DNA of 64,000 bases, taken from positions 192,001 through 256,000 of the forward strand of contig CAWCNY010000001.1 of NCBI GenBank assembly GCA_963797095.1, given 5' to 3'. This document shows positions 63,142-64,000 of this stretch, piece after piece. How positions within the stretch are numbered: the first letter of the stretch is position 1; each line of letters opens with the position of its first letter. This stretch comes from an uncultured Chloroflexia bacterium. GTDB lineage: Bacteria > Chloroflexota > Chloroflexia > QHBQ01 > JADMIH01. Position numbers and translations under genes: made by a program. The notes under the pieces are model-generated. The model was not told the DNA's origin. It did not search any database and saw nothing but the letters and a program-made list of their open reading frames with translations.

Positions 63142-64000
63142 ATGACCAGGCGCATCCTTGTACCGCTTGACGGCTCGGAATTGGCGGAGATGGCCCTGCC
63201 TCACGCCATAGCTATGGCGCACGCCAACCTTTACGGGCTGACTTTGCTGCGAGTTTTCCCGCCTCCTGTAGTAGTAAGCCAACTTGCCTGGGCCGTGCCG
63301 CCGTCTTCGAAGGCATGGGAAAGCAGTGAGGAGGAAGCGGATTCGGAGGCAGGTTACCTGAAGAAGGTAGCAGCGGAAATTGTCACCAGGGGAGTTGACA
63401 CCACCACCCAGCTAATCGAGGGCATCCCTCTGAGCGCCATCACAGACTACGTTGAGGAGCACCCTGAAGTGGTGATGATCGTGATGTCAACGCATGGCAG
63501 GAGCGGTATCGGCAGGTGGGTGCTGGGAAGTGTTGCCGAGCATGTACTCCACTCGGCGGCAGTGCCTGTGCTGCTGATCCGTCCATCCGAAGAGGAGAGG
63601 TTGGGGCTAGCGCAGGATTTCACTCTACCGCTCTACAAATCGCTGGTTGTGCCGTTGGACCAATCGCCGTTCGGGGCGCAGGCGCTGGGAGCAGCGCAGA
63701 ACCTGGCAAAGAGATTGCAGGCGAGGATGACACTTGTATCAGCACTACCGAGTGAGGGGGTGCACCCGGATGCGCTCTACCCGCCTGTGTCGGTGGCGAT
63801 ACCGGAGGACGACCCGAGACATACTATTGAGTACCTGGACAAGGTAGCCGAGGGCCTGCGTTGTGAGGGAATAGCAGTAGAACGGAGAGTTGAGTACGGG
63901 GAGCCTGCGGAAGTGATCGTGCAGGTGGCGGAGAAAGTACGGGGGGACCTGATAGTGATGTCAACGCACGGGCGCACAGGATTGCCGCGCTTATTGCTGG
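63142..64000 (+). CDS. Tandem universal stress protein (runs off window edge)
   Basis: Manual translation MTRRILVPLDGSELAE.ALP, MSTHGRSG..RW.LGSVAE.VL, second domain LVVPLD..MSTHGRTG. Confidence 0.9.
   Translation, partial: MTRRILVPLDGSELAEMALPHAIAMAHANLYGLTLLRVFPPPVVVSQLAWAVPPSSKAWESSEEEADSEAGYLKKVAAEIVTRGVDTTTQLIEGIPLSAITDYVEEHPEVVMIVMSTHGRSGIGRWVLGSVAEHVLHSAAVPVLLIRPSEEERLGLAQDFTLPLYKSLVVPLDQSPFGAQALGAAQNLAKRLQARMTLVSALPSEGVHPDALYPPVSVAIPEDDPRHTIEYLDKVAEGLRCEGIAVERRVEYGEPAEVIVQVAEKVRGDLIVMSTHGRTGLPRLLL

Overview
64 kb of high-GC bacterial chromosome, most likely Chloroflexota. This is an inference from the rplU-rpmA-rpmE-tdk order, a sortase plus LPXTG-type substrate with PT-rich linkers, a GAAC-N4-GTTC LexA box and many BTAD/two-component regulators. 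Core genes: glcDEF, rpiA, dxs, fni, rsmG, ogg-like glycosylase, tdk, rpmE/rpmA/rplU, eno, apt, an Acs-like ligase and an fdrA-DUF1116-SDR-DUF2877 (allFGH-like) operon. There are two decayed accessory patches. The first (~4.4-9.2 kb) is a MerR-AKR module with three truncated genes. The second (~46.8-48.8 kb) is a dead large serine recombinase next to a gene it appears to have disrupted. The most striking unexplained signal is a set of period-7 tandem arrays of many different unit sequences. They start at stop codons, recur as conserved composites, show strand polarity, sit in-frame inside two or three genes, and bracket an orphan eCIS-type PAAR-like gene (and more loosely the sortase) as nested inverted repeats. 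Also seen: a textbook MerR 19-bp-spacer promoter, a LexA box on a VOC gene, a candidate sRNA, and a CBM9-like receptor kinase with a catalytic-loop Asn-to-Asp change. No rRNA, tRNA or CRISPR array was recognised. All family calls are from motif recognition by eye; no database searches were run.
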